From NCBI GenBank assembly GCA_002011035.2, contig MTLY02000001.1, positions 128,001 to 192,000 on the forward strand: a stretch of DNA of 64,000 nucleotides, in the 5' to 3' direction. This DNA comes from Candidatus Hecatella orcuttiae. GTDB taxonomy: Archaea; Thermoproteota; Bathyarchaeia; Hecatellales; Hecatellaceae. Below the pieces are notes generated by a model, which did not search any database, was not told the origin of the DNA, and was given only the letters and a program-made list of their open reading frames with translations. Shown piece after piece: positions 30,097-39,162 of this stretch; position 1 is the stretch's first letter; every line of letters starts with the position of its first letter. The translations under genes and the position numbers were made by a program.

Positions 30097-30234
30097 GGGC
30101 GATAAGCCCCCCCTGTGAAAAAAAGTTGACCGGGGATTAGAGCATCTGCAACAGCATTAGCCGCGGCGGAGAATTATTGTAGCTCCGGAAGGCGCCCTTT
30201 TTCTTTAGAAAGGCAACAAGTTTCACGCGGGCGC

Positions 30235-30462
30235 TTAGACGATGTATCTTACTAGGGTCATCCGTTTAGCGTATTGAGAAGCGTCTTCCAAGATCTGCCT
30301 AGCCTCTGGGGATAGGAATTCCGGTGAATTTTCCATATTCCTCAACACTGCGAGAAGGGCGGCTAGTTTAAGCAGTAAAGTTAGGCTTCCTTTTCCTCCA
30401 GCGTCCATGTCTTCCAACTCTTCGCGCATAGGCCGCGAACCTTCTTGTAATTTTTCTCGCAT
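30235..30462 (-). CDS. Hypothetical protein
   Basis: Short helical ORF occupying the gap; no motif. Confidence 0.4.
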   Translation of the reverse strand: MREKLQEGSRPMREELEDMDAGGKGSLTLLLKLAALLAVLRNMENSPEFLSPEARQILEDASQYAKRMTLVRYIV

Positions 30463-30548
30463 AGATAAAAAGTTTTCAGATAAACGGTGAAAGGCCGGCT
30501 GACTTGGTTTAAAGGGTCCTACCTCTTATATGTCTATTTTAATATACG

Positions 30549-32078
30549 ATGGCCCTGAATACTCTATTTTGGAGGTTGCTTCGTTTGAAGTTTATTGGGA
30601 GGATAGCCGACGGCTCTACGGAGGCCTCCGCCCGGGTTATTCTGCTGAAGAATTTGGAAGGGAAAGTGGCCGCGGAAGAGCTTGTCCTTGTCCACAATGG
30701 AGGTCGAGAAGATTATCCCAACCAACTATTGGGAGTGCTTCGCGGAGGGCTGGGTAAAAACGAGTTTCTCACCCATACATCCTATCGTCCGGATGTGGCG
30801 TATATGAAGTATGGAGGTGAGCCCTCGGGAGCTAGGGAAGTTTACTCTTTTTCCATCAAACCCATAGGCGTGGTTGCGGAGGGAGGAATAGAGCCGAATT
30901 TAGCCATCATTCAGCCTAGGTCTCCCGTATATTTGCTGGAGGAAGAGGATAACCCTCTCCACCTGATAGTAAGAGGGAAGACCCTGTGGATGGACGCCTA
31001 CATGGAGGGGCACGAGTCTTGGAGAATTCCGGTGAAGCATGAATTCATACCCTACCATGTGGGGGTATACGGGAGCACAGGCAGCGGTAAGTCTTGGTTT
31101 ACCCGCTACGTTCTCATACCTTTATATCTTAAAGCCGGCTACCGGGTTTTCATTCTCGACTGGAGTGGAACAGATTACGCTCCCTATTATCGAGGCTTAA
31201 AAAACGCTCAGGTGATGAAGGTAGCTGACATAGCCTTGGATGAGGAGTCGGTGTTAAGCTACTTAGAGGCTAAGACCTTCGGCTTTGGGAGAAACGACAA
31301 CATCCGCGACGCCTTCGACACCTACGTGGAAGGCTGGGTGAAGAAGGTGGAGCACACCTTAAACGCAGCCGCTGAGGAGGGAAAAGATCCCGCGGAATTT
31401 CTCTACGGGCAGCTTAGAGACCATGTGGAAGCGGTTGTAAACAACATAGACAAAAGGTGGAAGGGTTTCTCGGAAAGGGCAGCTCGGAGGGTTTTCAGGA
31501 GGTTGAAGCCCGAGGACTTGAAGCCGGTGATGGGAACCCTGCCCGTCGAGAGCCTATTCGAGAAACTTGAGGGCAGAAACCTGCTGGTGGTCGACATGGG
31601 CGGAGCCTTAACCCATGCGAAGCTGGGGTTCTTTCTCGCTTTAGCCAGACATCTCTACGGTTTGATGGAGGCGGGAGAGAATCTGAAGGCATCCCTAGTC
31701 GTCGACGAAGCTCCGCAGTATGCTCCTTGGGAGCCGAGGGGAATTCAAGCTGAGACAACCGAAACCATAAAGAATCTAACGGCCTTGGGAAGAAAGCGGA
31801 TGCTCAACCTGACCCTCATAGCTCAGGGAATAAAAGGAGAGATAGGGATCAACGCCTCCGTGAGGAGAAACCTGAACACTCATTTCTTCGGCAGAATACA
31901 TCCTTTGGACGCGGGAGGCGAAGGAGGCGCATCGGAGTGGCTTTCCCCCTACGGGATAACCTCAGACCAGATGCTGCAGTTGAAGCCGGGAAGATTCTAC
32001 TTCTCAGGGGTGATGAATCCTTCCCCGGTGCCTTTGCTCATCACCTACCAGCCTCCGGAGGGAGCCCAAGCTGTTTGA
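30549..32078 (+). CDS. herA: HerA-family ATPase/DNA translocase
   Basis: HVGVYGSTGSGKS Walker A, LVVDEA Walker B, LGRKR, IAQ; likely start TTG 30585 after GGAGGT. Confidence 0.88.
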   Translation: MALNTLFWRLLRLKFIGRIADGSTEASARVILLKNLEGKVAAEELVLVHNGGREDYPNQLLGVLRGGLGKNEFLTHTSYRPDVAYMKYGGEPSGAREVYSFSIKPIGVVAEGGIEPNLAIIQPRSPVYLLEEEDNPLHLIVRGKTLWMDAYMEGHESWRIPVKHEFIPYHVGVYGSTGSGKSWFTRYVLIPLYLKAGYRVFILDWSGTDYAPYYRGLKNAQVMKVADIALDEESVLSYLEAKTFGFGRNDNIRDAFDTYVEGWVKKVEHTLNAAAEEGKDPAEFLYGQLRDHVEAVVNNIDKRWKGFSERAARRVFRRLKPEDLKPVMGTLPVESLFEKLEGRNLLVVDMGGALTHAKLGFFLALARHLYGLMEAGENLKASLVVDEAPQYAPWEPRGIQAETTETIKNLTALGRKRMLNLTLIAQGIKGEIGINASVRRNLNTHFFGRIHPLDAGGEGGASEWLSPYGITSDQMLQLKPGRFYFSGVMNPSPVPLLITYQPPEGAQAV

Positions 32079-32082
32079 AGAA

Positions 32083-33240
32083 ATGCTAGAGTGGGTTAAG
32101 CTTCCCCAAGACCTTCAGCATCATTTTTTTAAGTTAGCTGAAGAGGAAGCTGAAAAGCTGTCAGAAAGCGTCCGCCGGTTAAGCCGCCAGCTGGGAGAGC
32201 TGAAAGCAAGGCTTCAACCTTACATTCACAGCCTACCCGGCAACGACATGGCGTTGACCGTGGCCGCTGTGGACAGTTCTAGGTCTCCGAGGCTCAGTGA
32301 AAGGCTGGGGGTGAGATACGGTGTTTTCGCAACAGGCGCCGTGTACCTTAAAGGTGTGGAGAGTAGGGAGGAAACCTTCAGGGCGGGAGTTTTTAAGAGG
32401 AAACAGGCGCTGTCTCAGGATAAAAGTAAGTACCTTTTCGACCTCCTCACAACCTATACGGAAAGGAAGCTGGCTTTGGAGGCCTTGGACAGGTGCGACC
32501 TGTTGATTCTGGACGGAAGCTTCTACGGTTTCATCTACGGAGCCAGTTTGATGAAGAAAACAGAGCTCTATGGGGATCAGGAGGAGGAAATCGTTAAAAA
32601 AATCTTCGAAATGACTGAGGAGCTGAGAAGAAGCGGAAAAACCGTCGGCGTGATCAAGCGAAGCCACACCAGAAGCATCGGAGGTTACCTTGCCTTCAAA
32701 CATGGGGACAGCGCCTTCACATCCATCATCGACAAGCTGATTCTCTCCATGCTGATGCCGGAAAACTCCTACTTCCGCTACCAGGAGCTGATAGGAGAGG
32801 AGCCTGTGCAGATATACTCCGGCTACGCCCGCTTGGTTTCCATAGGGTGGTCAGAGGGCGACCTGATGGAGGAGGCGGAGAAAAGAGCTTACAGGCCTCT
32901 TGAAAACCTGAAGCTGGACAAGGAGGGGCTTAAAAAAATGAGGAGGATGCAGGTTCGATTCCACAGGGATACAGCTCCCTGCGAAATAGAGTTCCCAGCG
33001 TCCATTGGAAAAAAGAAGCTCCTAGAATGGTTCGGCCAGAAAAACTTCTTCAACGAAGCGACAAACCTGCCCATGGCTTTGGACCTCGTCGACAACATGG
33101 TAGGCCTATCGGCTAAATTCACCGAAGAATTCGTCTCAGAGGTGGAGGGGAGAATGCTGGAGACTGTGGCTGAAAACCTACGCGACCAAGAAGCCGTGAA
33201 AACATTCTTCACCCTCCTAAACCCGCAAAAACCATACTGA
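32083..33240 (+). CDS. nurA: NurA-family nuclease
   Basis: VAAVDSS, E..LA, LILDGSF, GVIKRS, P.AL..VD; directly follows herA. Confidence 0.88.
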   Translation: MLEWVKLPQDLQHHFFKLAEEEAEKLSESVRRLSRQLGELKARLQPYIHSLPGNDMALTVAAVDSSRSPRLSERLGVRYGVFATGAVYLKGVESREETFRAGVFKRKQALSQDKSKYLFDLLTTYTERKLALEALDRCDLLILDGSFYGFIYGASLMKKTELYGDQEEEIVKKIFEMTEELRRSGKTVGVIKRSHTRSIGGYLAFKHGDSAFTSIIDKLILSMLMPENSYFRYQELIGEEPVQIYSGYARLVSIGWSEGDLMEEAEKRAYRPLENLKLDKEGLKKMRRMQVRFHRDTAPCEIEFPASIGKKKLLEWFGQKNFFNEATNLPMALDLVDNMVGLSAKFTEEFVSEVEGRMLETVAENLRDQEAVKTFFTLLNPQKPY

Positions 33241-33249
33241 AATTCCCCC

Positions 33250-34740
33250 TTATCTGTCGAAGTAGAGGTAGAATTCGTAGGGGTGGGGTCTCAGGCTGAC
33301 TTCCATGTCCTCCAACGTCTCCAGCTCGATTATTTTCTCTATCACATCCGGTGGGAAGATGGGCTTCAAATACTCGCTGTCGCTTTTCAGGCATTCCACC
33401 GCCTCTTTAAGGGTGGCGGGTAGAACCTGGATGCCCAGTTGCCGCCGTCTTTCAGGGCTCAGCTTGTAGATGTCCTCCTCCACAGGGTCCCCGATGTCTA
33501 TTTTCTTCTTAATTCCGTCCAAGCCAGCGGCTACCAGGGCTGCGAAGCAAAGGTAGGGGTTGCAAGCCGGGTCGGGGGGCCTGAACTCAATCCGCTTAGC
33601 ATCAGCCATCTTCGGCCCCTTATGGTAGACGGGTACCCTCACGGCGGCAGACCTGTTACTCCGACTCCAAGCCAAGTAGACGGGCGCCTCATAGCCGGGG
33701 ACAAGACGTCGATAAGAATTAGTGGTCGGAGCCACGATGGCCGCCAGAGACCGGCCATGGTCGAGGAGGCCTCCCCCAAAATACCGGCCCAGTTGGCTCA
33801 GCTCGGTTCGAGGGTCTTCAGGGTCATAGAAAAGGTTTCGCCCTTCCTTCCAGAGGCTTACGTGGACATGCATGCCTGAGGCGTTGTCCATGAAGACAGG
33901 TTTAGGCATCATGGTCGCTGTTAGGCCTTTCTGTTTGGCGATATTCTTCACCACAAACTTGTAGGTCATGACGCTGTCTCCCATGCTGGTCAAGGTATCC
34001 CGGTACATGTCGATCTCTCCCTGCCCGGCAGTGGCCACCTCATGGTGGTGAGCATCGCAGGGAATTCCGAAGAATTCCTCCAAGACCTTAGCGCACTCGC
34101 TCCGAAACTCCGTGAAAGTGTCCTGAGGAGAAGCGGGAAAATAGCCTTCCTTAAACCTTATGGGATACCCTGACTCGCAGCCGCTGTTCCAAGCTGCCTC
34201 CCGGGACTCCACCCGGTAGCTTTGGCCCCGGTAGGCGGAGAGGACATCCCATTCCACCTTGTCGAAGACGAAAAATTCCACCTCAGGCCCCCAGAGGGAA
34301 AAGTCGTAGCCCGTCTTCGTGACCGCTTGTTCAGCCTTCTGCGCTATGCTTCGAGGGTCCCGGGAAAGCCTCCCCAAACCAAACCCCCAGTAAACATCGC
34401 ATATCATCCTAGCCATCTTGATATCTTCAGGGACCCATGGAATAACCCCGTAGGTGGAGGGGTCGGGCTTGAGAACCAAGTCTGACTCATGGATCTCGGT
34501 GAAGCCCTTGATGGAGGAGCCGTCCAGCTTCGGCACTCCTTCCTCGAAAGTCTGTAGTTCAAGAGAATCGGCCCTGATGGTGGTGTGCTGAAGCCTCCCC
34601 AGCAGATCCGTGAAGTGGAGGTCGATGAATTTTATTCCATCCTCTTTCAAAAGCTTCAACACTTCTTCAGACGTCCTTTTCAAGGGCATGAGTTTTCCTT
34701 CAGGGGTCTTTGAGTAGGGCACTTTTCCAATCCCCGCCAT
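33250..34740 (-). CDS. glnA: Glutamine synthetase type I
   Basis: DGSSIKGF, GPEVEFF, HHHEVA..GQ.EI, MPKP...NASGMHVH.SL, RLVPGYEAP, NRSA..R.P, RIEFR.PDP..NPY. Confidence 0.97.
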   Translation of the reverse strand: MAGIGKVPYSKTPEGKLMPLKRTSEEVLKLLKEDGIKFIDLHFTDLLGRLQHTTIRADSLELQTFEEGVPKLDGSSIKGFTEIHESDLVLKPDPSTYGVIPWVPEDIKMARMICDVYWGFGLGRLSRDPRSIAQKAEQAVTKTGYDFSLWGPEVEFFVFDKVEWDVLSAYRGQSYRVESREAAWNSGCESGYPIRFKEGYFPASPQDTFTEFRSECAKVLEEFFGIPCDAHHHEVATAGQGEIDMYRDTLTSMGDSVMTYKFVVKNIAKQKGLTATMMPKPVFMDNASGMHVHVSLWKEGRNLFYDPEDPRTELSQLGRYFGGGLLDHGRSLAAIVAPTTNSYRRLVPGYEAPVYLAWSRSNRSAAVRVPVYHKGPKMADAKRIEFRPPDPACNPYLCFAALVAAGLDGIKKKIDIGDPVEEDIYKLSPERRRQLGIQVLPATLKEAVECLKSDSEYLKPIFPPDVIEKIIELETLEDMEVSLRPHPYEFYLYFDR

Positions 34741-34762
34741 ATGCTAACTTTATAGACATTAT

Positions 34763-34786
34763 GGAAAATGAATATATACTTTTTCC
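34763..34786. promoter_or_regulatory. Imperfect palindrome GGAAAATGAATATATACTTTTTCC between divergent glnA and Lrp genes
   Basis: 10 of 12 positions pair; surrounds an AT core that could be the glnA TATA box. Confidence 0.4.
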
Positions 34787-34852
34787 TCTAAAAAATGGAC
34801 AATCGTCAAGTTTATAAGCCAATATAACACAAATGTTCGGAAGGGGTAAGCC

Positions 34853-35302
34853 GTGAACCTCGACGAGCTAGACTACAGAATACTCAAGGAGTGCCTGAAA
34901 GACTCCCGAGCCTCCAGCCGGGAAGTAGCCAGAAAGGTAGGCGTATCGGTAGGCACAGCCTTAGCCAGAATCAAGAAAATGGAAAAGGAAGGCCTTATAA
35001 AAGGCTACACGGTGGTTCTCGACTACGAAAAACTCGGCTACCAGTTAACGGCGATAACGGAAGTAATAGTCTCCAAGGGTAAACTGCTGGAGGTGGAAAA
35101 AGAAATCGCTAAGATGCCCATGGTCTGCGCCGTCTACGACGTCACAGGAGAAATCGACGCCATTCTCATCGCTAAATTTAGAAGCCGAGAAGAACTCAGC
35201 AACTACACCAAAAAACTTCTAACCGTCCCCTACGTGGAAAGAACCAACACTCACGTAGTCCTTACCACCGTAAAGGAGGACTTCCGGCTGCTAAGCCAGT
35301 GA
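34853..35302 (+). CDS. Lrp/AsnC family transcription regulator
   Basis: LDELDYRIL..L.KDSR.S..EVA..VGVS.GT...RIKKME..G.I; VTGEID RAM domain. Confidence 0.95.
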   Translation: MNLDELDYRILKECLKDSRASSREVARKVGVSVGTALARIKKMEKEGLIKGYTVVLDYEKLGYQLTAITEVIVSKGKLLEVEKEIAKMPMVCAVYDVTGEIDAILIAKFRSREELSNYTKKLLTVPYVERTNTHVVLTTVKEDFRLLSQ

Positions 35303-35391
35303 AGCCGCCACCCTCAGCTCAAAGCTTCGCATCTTCTGAGCGTTAGCGTTAATATTTCTCATCCACCTACAGAGGTATAGGTGCGAGTAAT

Positions 35392-36063
35392 TTGACAAGA
35401 ATCAAAATCCTCGGAATAAGCGGAAGCCCTAAAAAGGGAGGAAACTGCGAGCAATGCCTCTCCGAATCTTTGAAAGCAAGCCAAACCGTCGGCGACGTGG
35501 AAACAGAGCTGATAAGCCTAGCTGGGCTTCAGGTCAACCCTTGCAACGGATGCCTCCGATGCCATTTTAAAGCCTCCCGGGAGAGGCCTTGCCCGGAATT
35601 CGACGACGGGATGACGACTCTATACCCTAAGCTGATCAACTCTGACGGCTTTATTTTCGCAAGCCCTGTGTATTTCGGCTCAGTTTCCGCCCTGATGAAG
35701 GCTTTCATGGACAGACTTCTCCCTTTCACAACAGCATACTACTACCCGGAAAGCGAGTTTAAGGAAACTTTGCGCTTTAAGCCAGCGGGAGCGATTGCCG
35801 TGGGAGGTGCCCGCAGCGACGGAGTTGAGGGAACCCTTTATTCCTTCCACCGCTTTTTCCTCTACCATGACATGATCACCGTCGGAGCCCAGACCGTCGG
35901 CAACATCTACGGGGTCTCAGCGTTGGGAGGAGCCGTGGTCACCGAAGATAAGCCAAACGCGGTGGACAGAGACCGCTCCGGCATGGCCACTGTTAAGGTG
36001 ATAGGGGAGAAAGTTGCGATGCTGGCGAAGGCGTTTAAACCTGTCAGGCCTACGCTTGAATAA
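35392..36063 (+). CDS. Iron-sulfur flavoprotein / flavodoxin family (FMN reductase)
   Basis: GISGSP.K.GN, CNGCLRC...C, ASPVYFG..SA.MKAFMDR. Confidence 0.9.
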   Translation: MTRIKILGISGSPKKGGNCEQCLSESLKASQTVGDVETELISLAGLQVNPCNGCLRCHFKASRERPCPEFDDGMTTLYPKLINSDGFIFASPVYFGSVSALMKAFMDRLLPFTTAYYYPESEFKETLRFKPAGAIAVGGARSDGVEGTLYSFHRFFLYHDMITVGAQTVGNIYGVSALGGAVVTEDKPNAVDRDRSGMATVKVIGEKVAMLAKAFKPVRPTLE

Positions 36064-36246
36064 AAGACAGCTCAGCCTTTAAACGGGTCAGCGTTTCCGA
36101 GTGAATAGATACCTTTATATGGGTTTCATTGCGATGTATAAGCGGAGTTAATCTTCAGGAAGAGACGGAGTAATTACGTAGCTCGTTTTTACTCGCGTTT
36201 TTCTTGCAAGAATAGCTCCAAAAAATCTAGAGAGTGGTGAGAGATA

Positions 36247-36390
36247 TTGAGTTTTGGTGAACGCAGAGAGAGGAAGATGTATCCGGTTACCTGCTCGGAC
36301 TGCGGAGTAGAGACGGAAGTTCCCTTCAAACCCACCGAAGGCAGACCGGTATACTGCAGAGAATGCTACCAGAAGCATAGGAGATACTAA
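36247..36390 (+). CDS. CxxC-x17-CxxC small Zn-ribbon protein (47 aa, below the ORF-track cutoff)
   Basis: MSFGERRERKMYPVTCSDCGVETEVPFKPTEGRPVYCRECYQKHRRY; TTG start after GGTGA. Confidence 0.9.
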   Translation: MSFGERRERKMYPVTCSDCGVETEVPFKPTEGRPVYCRECYQKHRRY

Positions 36391-36413
36391 GTTTCCTGGA
36401 AAACGGAAAGTGG

Positions 36414-36896
36414 ATGCGAATGTCAATAGGGGAAGAAGCAGACTCAGCAGCTGTGGAGAAAAAAGTAAGCGAACTAGGTCCTCACGTGAAAGGAGTTGAC
36501 ATAACCGTCAAGGTTATGTCGAAAACAGCTGCCCGTGAAGTACCTTCAAGGATCGACGGGTCTGTGCATAGGCTTGCAGAAGCATTGGTAGGCGACCCTA
36601 CAGGGTGTATCATATTGACCCTGTGGGACGACGCCATCGACAAGGTGAACGAAAACGAGACCATCTCCATAAAAAACGGCTACGTTTCAATGTTCAAAGG
36701 CTTTATGAGGTTGAACACGGGGAAAAGCGGCACCATAGAACCTGCGGAAAAACCAGTCACCGAAGTAAACGAAGCAAACAACCTGTCAGACCGCCGATTC
36801 GAACAAGAGCAACGCTACCCAAAGTTCCGCCCTTTGTACGGAGATATGGACCGTTCTAGACGAGGCAACCGAGGTAAATTTAGAAGAAGACGATAA
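36414..36896 (+). CDS. ssb: Single-OB-fold single-stranded DNA-binding protein (crenarchaeal-type SSB)
   Basis: V.ITVKV, VGDPTG.I.LTLWD, I.NGY...FKG...L..G; Arg/Gly-rich tail. Confidence 0.88.
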   Translation: MRMSIGEEADSAAVEKKVSELGPHVKGVDITVKVMSKTAAREVPSRIDGSVHRLAEALVGDPTGCIILTLWDDAIDKVNENETISIKNGYVSMFKGFMRLNTGKSGTIEPAEKPVTEVNEANNLSDRRFEQEQRYPKFRPLYGDMDRSRRGNRGKFRRRR

Positions 36897-37065
36897 GCCT
36901 ACTCAGTCAACAAGAACAGAAAAACCTCAAAAGGGGGGGCGTTGGAAACAGCCTCCTTCCGTATATGGGTCGACAAAATATTTTCTTTTTCATTTTTTAA
37001 ATTTTGCTTTCAACTTTCCAAGATTTTATTTATAAATTTTAGGAAGAAAATTCCCGTGTCATAAG

Positions 37066-37617
37066 GTGTATTCGGTGGACTGGAGAAGATTCGCATGGTT
37101 TGGCTTGGTGGGACCTTTGGTAGGTTTTGCTTTTGTCGGGGCTTCTATAATGTTGGCACCGTGGTTCAGCTGGCAGAGCAACGCTCTAAGCGACCTCGGA
37201 CACTCCGTTAAGAGCAGTGTAGCACCCCTTTTCAACTTCGGATTATTTTTAACCGGATTCCTCCTCATTGTATACTCAATTAAGGCTTTGCAGAAGCACT
37301 CAAAGTACGCAGGCTATTGTCTGCTTACCTCGGCTCTTGCACTTCAGCTGGTAGCCGTGTTCGATGAAGTTTACGGGCTTCTGCATTTTGCAGTATCGGT
37401 GTTGTTCTTCGCTTCCCTGGGGGTTTCCTCTATAGTGTATGCTGTGGAGAGAAAATCGATCCTTGCTTTCGCTGCCTTCATCATAGGTTTAGGAGCGTGG
37501 GTTTTATTTTGGATTGGAGGATATAGCGGAGGCGTTGCCATCCCTGAAACTGTATCCTCTGGAGTGATGGCTTTGTGGATAATGTCGTCCGCCTTTTACG
37601 TTTATTCCGCAAAGTGA
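37066..37617 (+). CDS. DUF998-family membrane protein
   Basis: PWFSW..NALSDLG, FN.GL, LVAVF.E, LHF.VS..FF, AIPE. Confidence 0.8.
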   Translation: MYSVDWRRFAWFGLVGPLVGFAFVGASIMLAPWFSWQSNALSDLGHSVKSSVAPLFNFGLFLTGFLLIVYSIKALQKHSKYAGYCLLTSALALQLVAVFDEVYGLLHFAVSVLFFASLGVSSIVYAVERKSILAFAAFIIGLGAWVLFWIGGYSGGVAIPETVSSGVMALWIMSSAFYVYSAK

Positions 37618-37624
37618 GGTGTTA

Positions 37625-38560
37625 TTATTTTACAATCCCTATTATTGTTTGAGGCTTGCTGAAAAGATTCTCCACTTCTTGAAAACTGCTCTTTGGCAAA
37701 GTATAGAGTAAAACGGTAGCAGGACCTGCTGATTTATTCAAATCAAGTTCCAAGGGTATTCTACGGGAAAATTTTACCTCTCGACCGACCCAAGAAACAA
37801 GCGCTGTAGCCTCGGCGACGATTCCCCGAGACCCTACGGGGACAATTTCATGAACGAATTTTTTCTGCAAGAGGAACATCACATCTAACAGGTCTGCAGT
37901 TTCTCCTCTCGCTTCATGGGTTAGTACTTCGTTTCCAGCACACGGCCGACCGAGCGCTACCACCAGATCTCCTTTACAGCTTTTCCCTATTCTCAGTTCT
38001 TTTTCGCGGGCGATGCCGATAACCGTCACGCCGAGGCCTGTTTGCGAAGTTTTGATGCTTTCCTCCGTGTCAAGGAGGACCATTTCATCGACATCCAAAC
38101 CTAGGAGTTTAGTTTCGCTTTCCACCCCCTTTAGAATCTCTTCACCTGCAGGGCTCCTTTCAGCGCTTAAAGCTACAGAAACAAGGGTTGGATGGGCGCC
38201 GGTTGACAGAACTTTTATCAGTCCAACCCTAGCCATGAATTTACCTAAAACTTCATTCTTCACTTGAATGACGTCGTCTGGTTTACAGCCAATGCCTCCA
38301 GAGGAAGATACACTCATGATCAATGCGAAATTGGGTGGAAACCTAGCAATGATCACATCTCTTACCTTTGTGAAGCTGATCTTCGCTGGCACTAGGCTGA
38401 AGGCAGCTGGGTAGATGAGTTCGCCGATGTTTTCAGCTGCATTCAAGTAGAAGAGTAGCGCCTGCCGTGCAATTTCAGATCTGCTCAGCGAGTATTTTTT
38501 AGAGAGTTTATCAATCTCGTGGAAAAGTCTTGCAGGGAGTCTGAGATTTAATATTTTCAA
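37625..38560 (-). CDS. Ribbon-helix-helix domain fused to an alpha-ribazole kinase (CblS)-like domain
   Basis: KILNLRLPARLFHEIDKLSKKYSLSRSEIARQAL (RHH), then VRD, SSGGIG.K..D, TEE...T.QTG.GVT..G, EI.PVGS.GI..EA, KSAGPAT; TTG 38560 preferred over 38581. Confidence 0.8.
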   Translation of the reverse strand: MKILNLRLPARLFHEIDKLSKKYSLSRSEIARQALLFYLNAAENIGELIYPAAFSLVPAKISFTKVRDVIIARFPPNFALIMSVSSSGGIGCKPDDVIQVKNEVLGKFMARVGLIKVLSTGAHPTLVSVALSAERSPAGEEILKGVESETKLLGLDVDEMVLLDTEESIKTSQTGLGVTVIGIAREKELRIGKSCKGDLVVALGRPCAGNEVLTHEARGETADLLDVMFLLQKKFVHEIVPVGSRGIVAEATALVSWVGREVKFSRRIPLELDLNKSAGPATVLLYTLPKSSFQEVENLFSKPQTIIGIVK

Positions 38561-38592
38561 TGTATGACAAATGTAATACATAATGTAACTAT
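38561..38592. promoter_or_regulatory. Tandem TGTAnnACA boxes (candidate RHH operator)
   Basis: TGTATGACA-aa-TGTAATACA-taa-TGTAACTA with 11-12 bp period in the short divergent intergenic region. Confidence 0.55.
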
Positions 38593-38634
38593 TAAATATT
38601 ATTTTCCCACTCTAGGGATAGCAGGCTAAAAATT

Positions 38635-39162
38635 ATGATTATGGAGAGAGCTCTCATGAGTAAGCGTTACTCCAAGTCCAAAACTTTGCATGTAGCCCGG
38701 TGGGGTATTTTTTCAGCTTTGAGTGTGGTGGGTTCCCTTATACCGTTTCCAAGCCCTGTGGGAACCATAGCCTTTGACTCTTTTCCCGGCTATTTTGCAG
38801 CCCTCTATTTTGGGGTTATGGACGGGGCGGTGATATTTGCCATCGGACACTTAGCCACGTCCATTGTCCATGGTTTCCCCCTTGGTTTTTGGCATTTCTT
38901 GATAGCTTTAGGCATGGCAGTTGTAGGGGTTGTTGTAGGAATCGTGCATAAGGTCATTTCCAGAGTTTGGGGGTTCATTCCGGCAACGATTGCGGGGATA
39001 ACCGCGAATACTGCCATGTTCCCCTTGGCAGTGCCTGTGATGGGTTGGGCTGGTTCGCTGCTGCTGGTGCCCTTTCTGGCAGTTGCTTCAACTTTAAACG
39101 GCATTCTAGCCATGTTCATATTCATAGCGATAAGGAGGAGAAAAATCCTCGTTGAGGGCTAG
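38635..39162 (+). CDS. cblT: ECF S-component, alpha-ribazole transporter CblT-like
   Basis: ALS.VGS.I..PSP.GTIAFDS.PGYFAAL..G, GHL.TS...GFPL...H; adjacent to cblS. Confidence 0.8.
   Translation: MIMERALMSKRYSKSKTLHVARWGIFSALSVVGSLIPFPSPVGTIAFDSFPGYFAALYFGVMDGAVIFAIGHLATSIVHGFPLGFWHFLIALGMAVVGVVVGIVHKVISRVWGFIPATIAGITANTAMFPLAVPVMGWAGSLLLVPFLAVASTLNGILAMFIFIAIRRRKILVEG

Noticed and set aside
36933-36960. GAAA-tetraloop hairpin after ssb considered as a SECIS or ncRNA
   Set aside because: Weak G-U-rich stem near T-tracts and no in-frame TGA candidate nearby; more likely a 3' end structure
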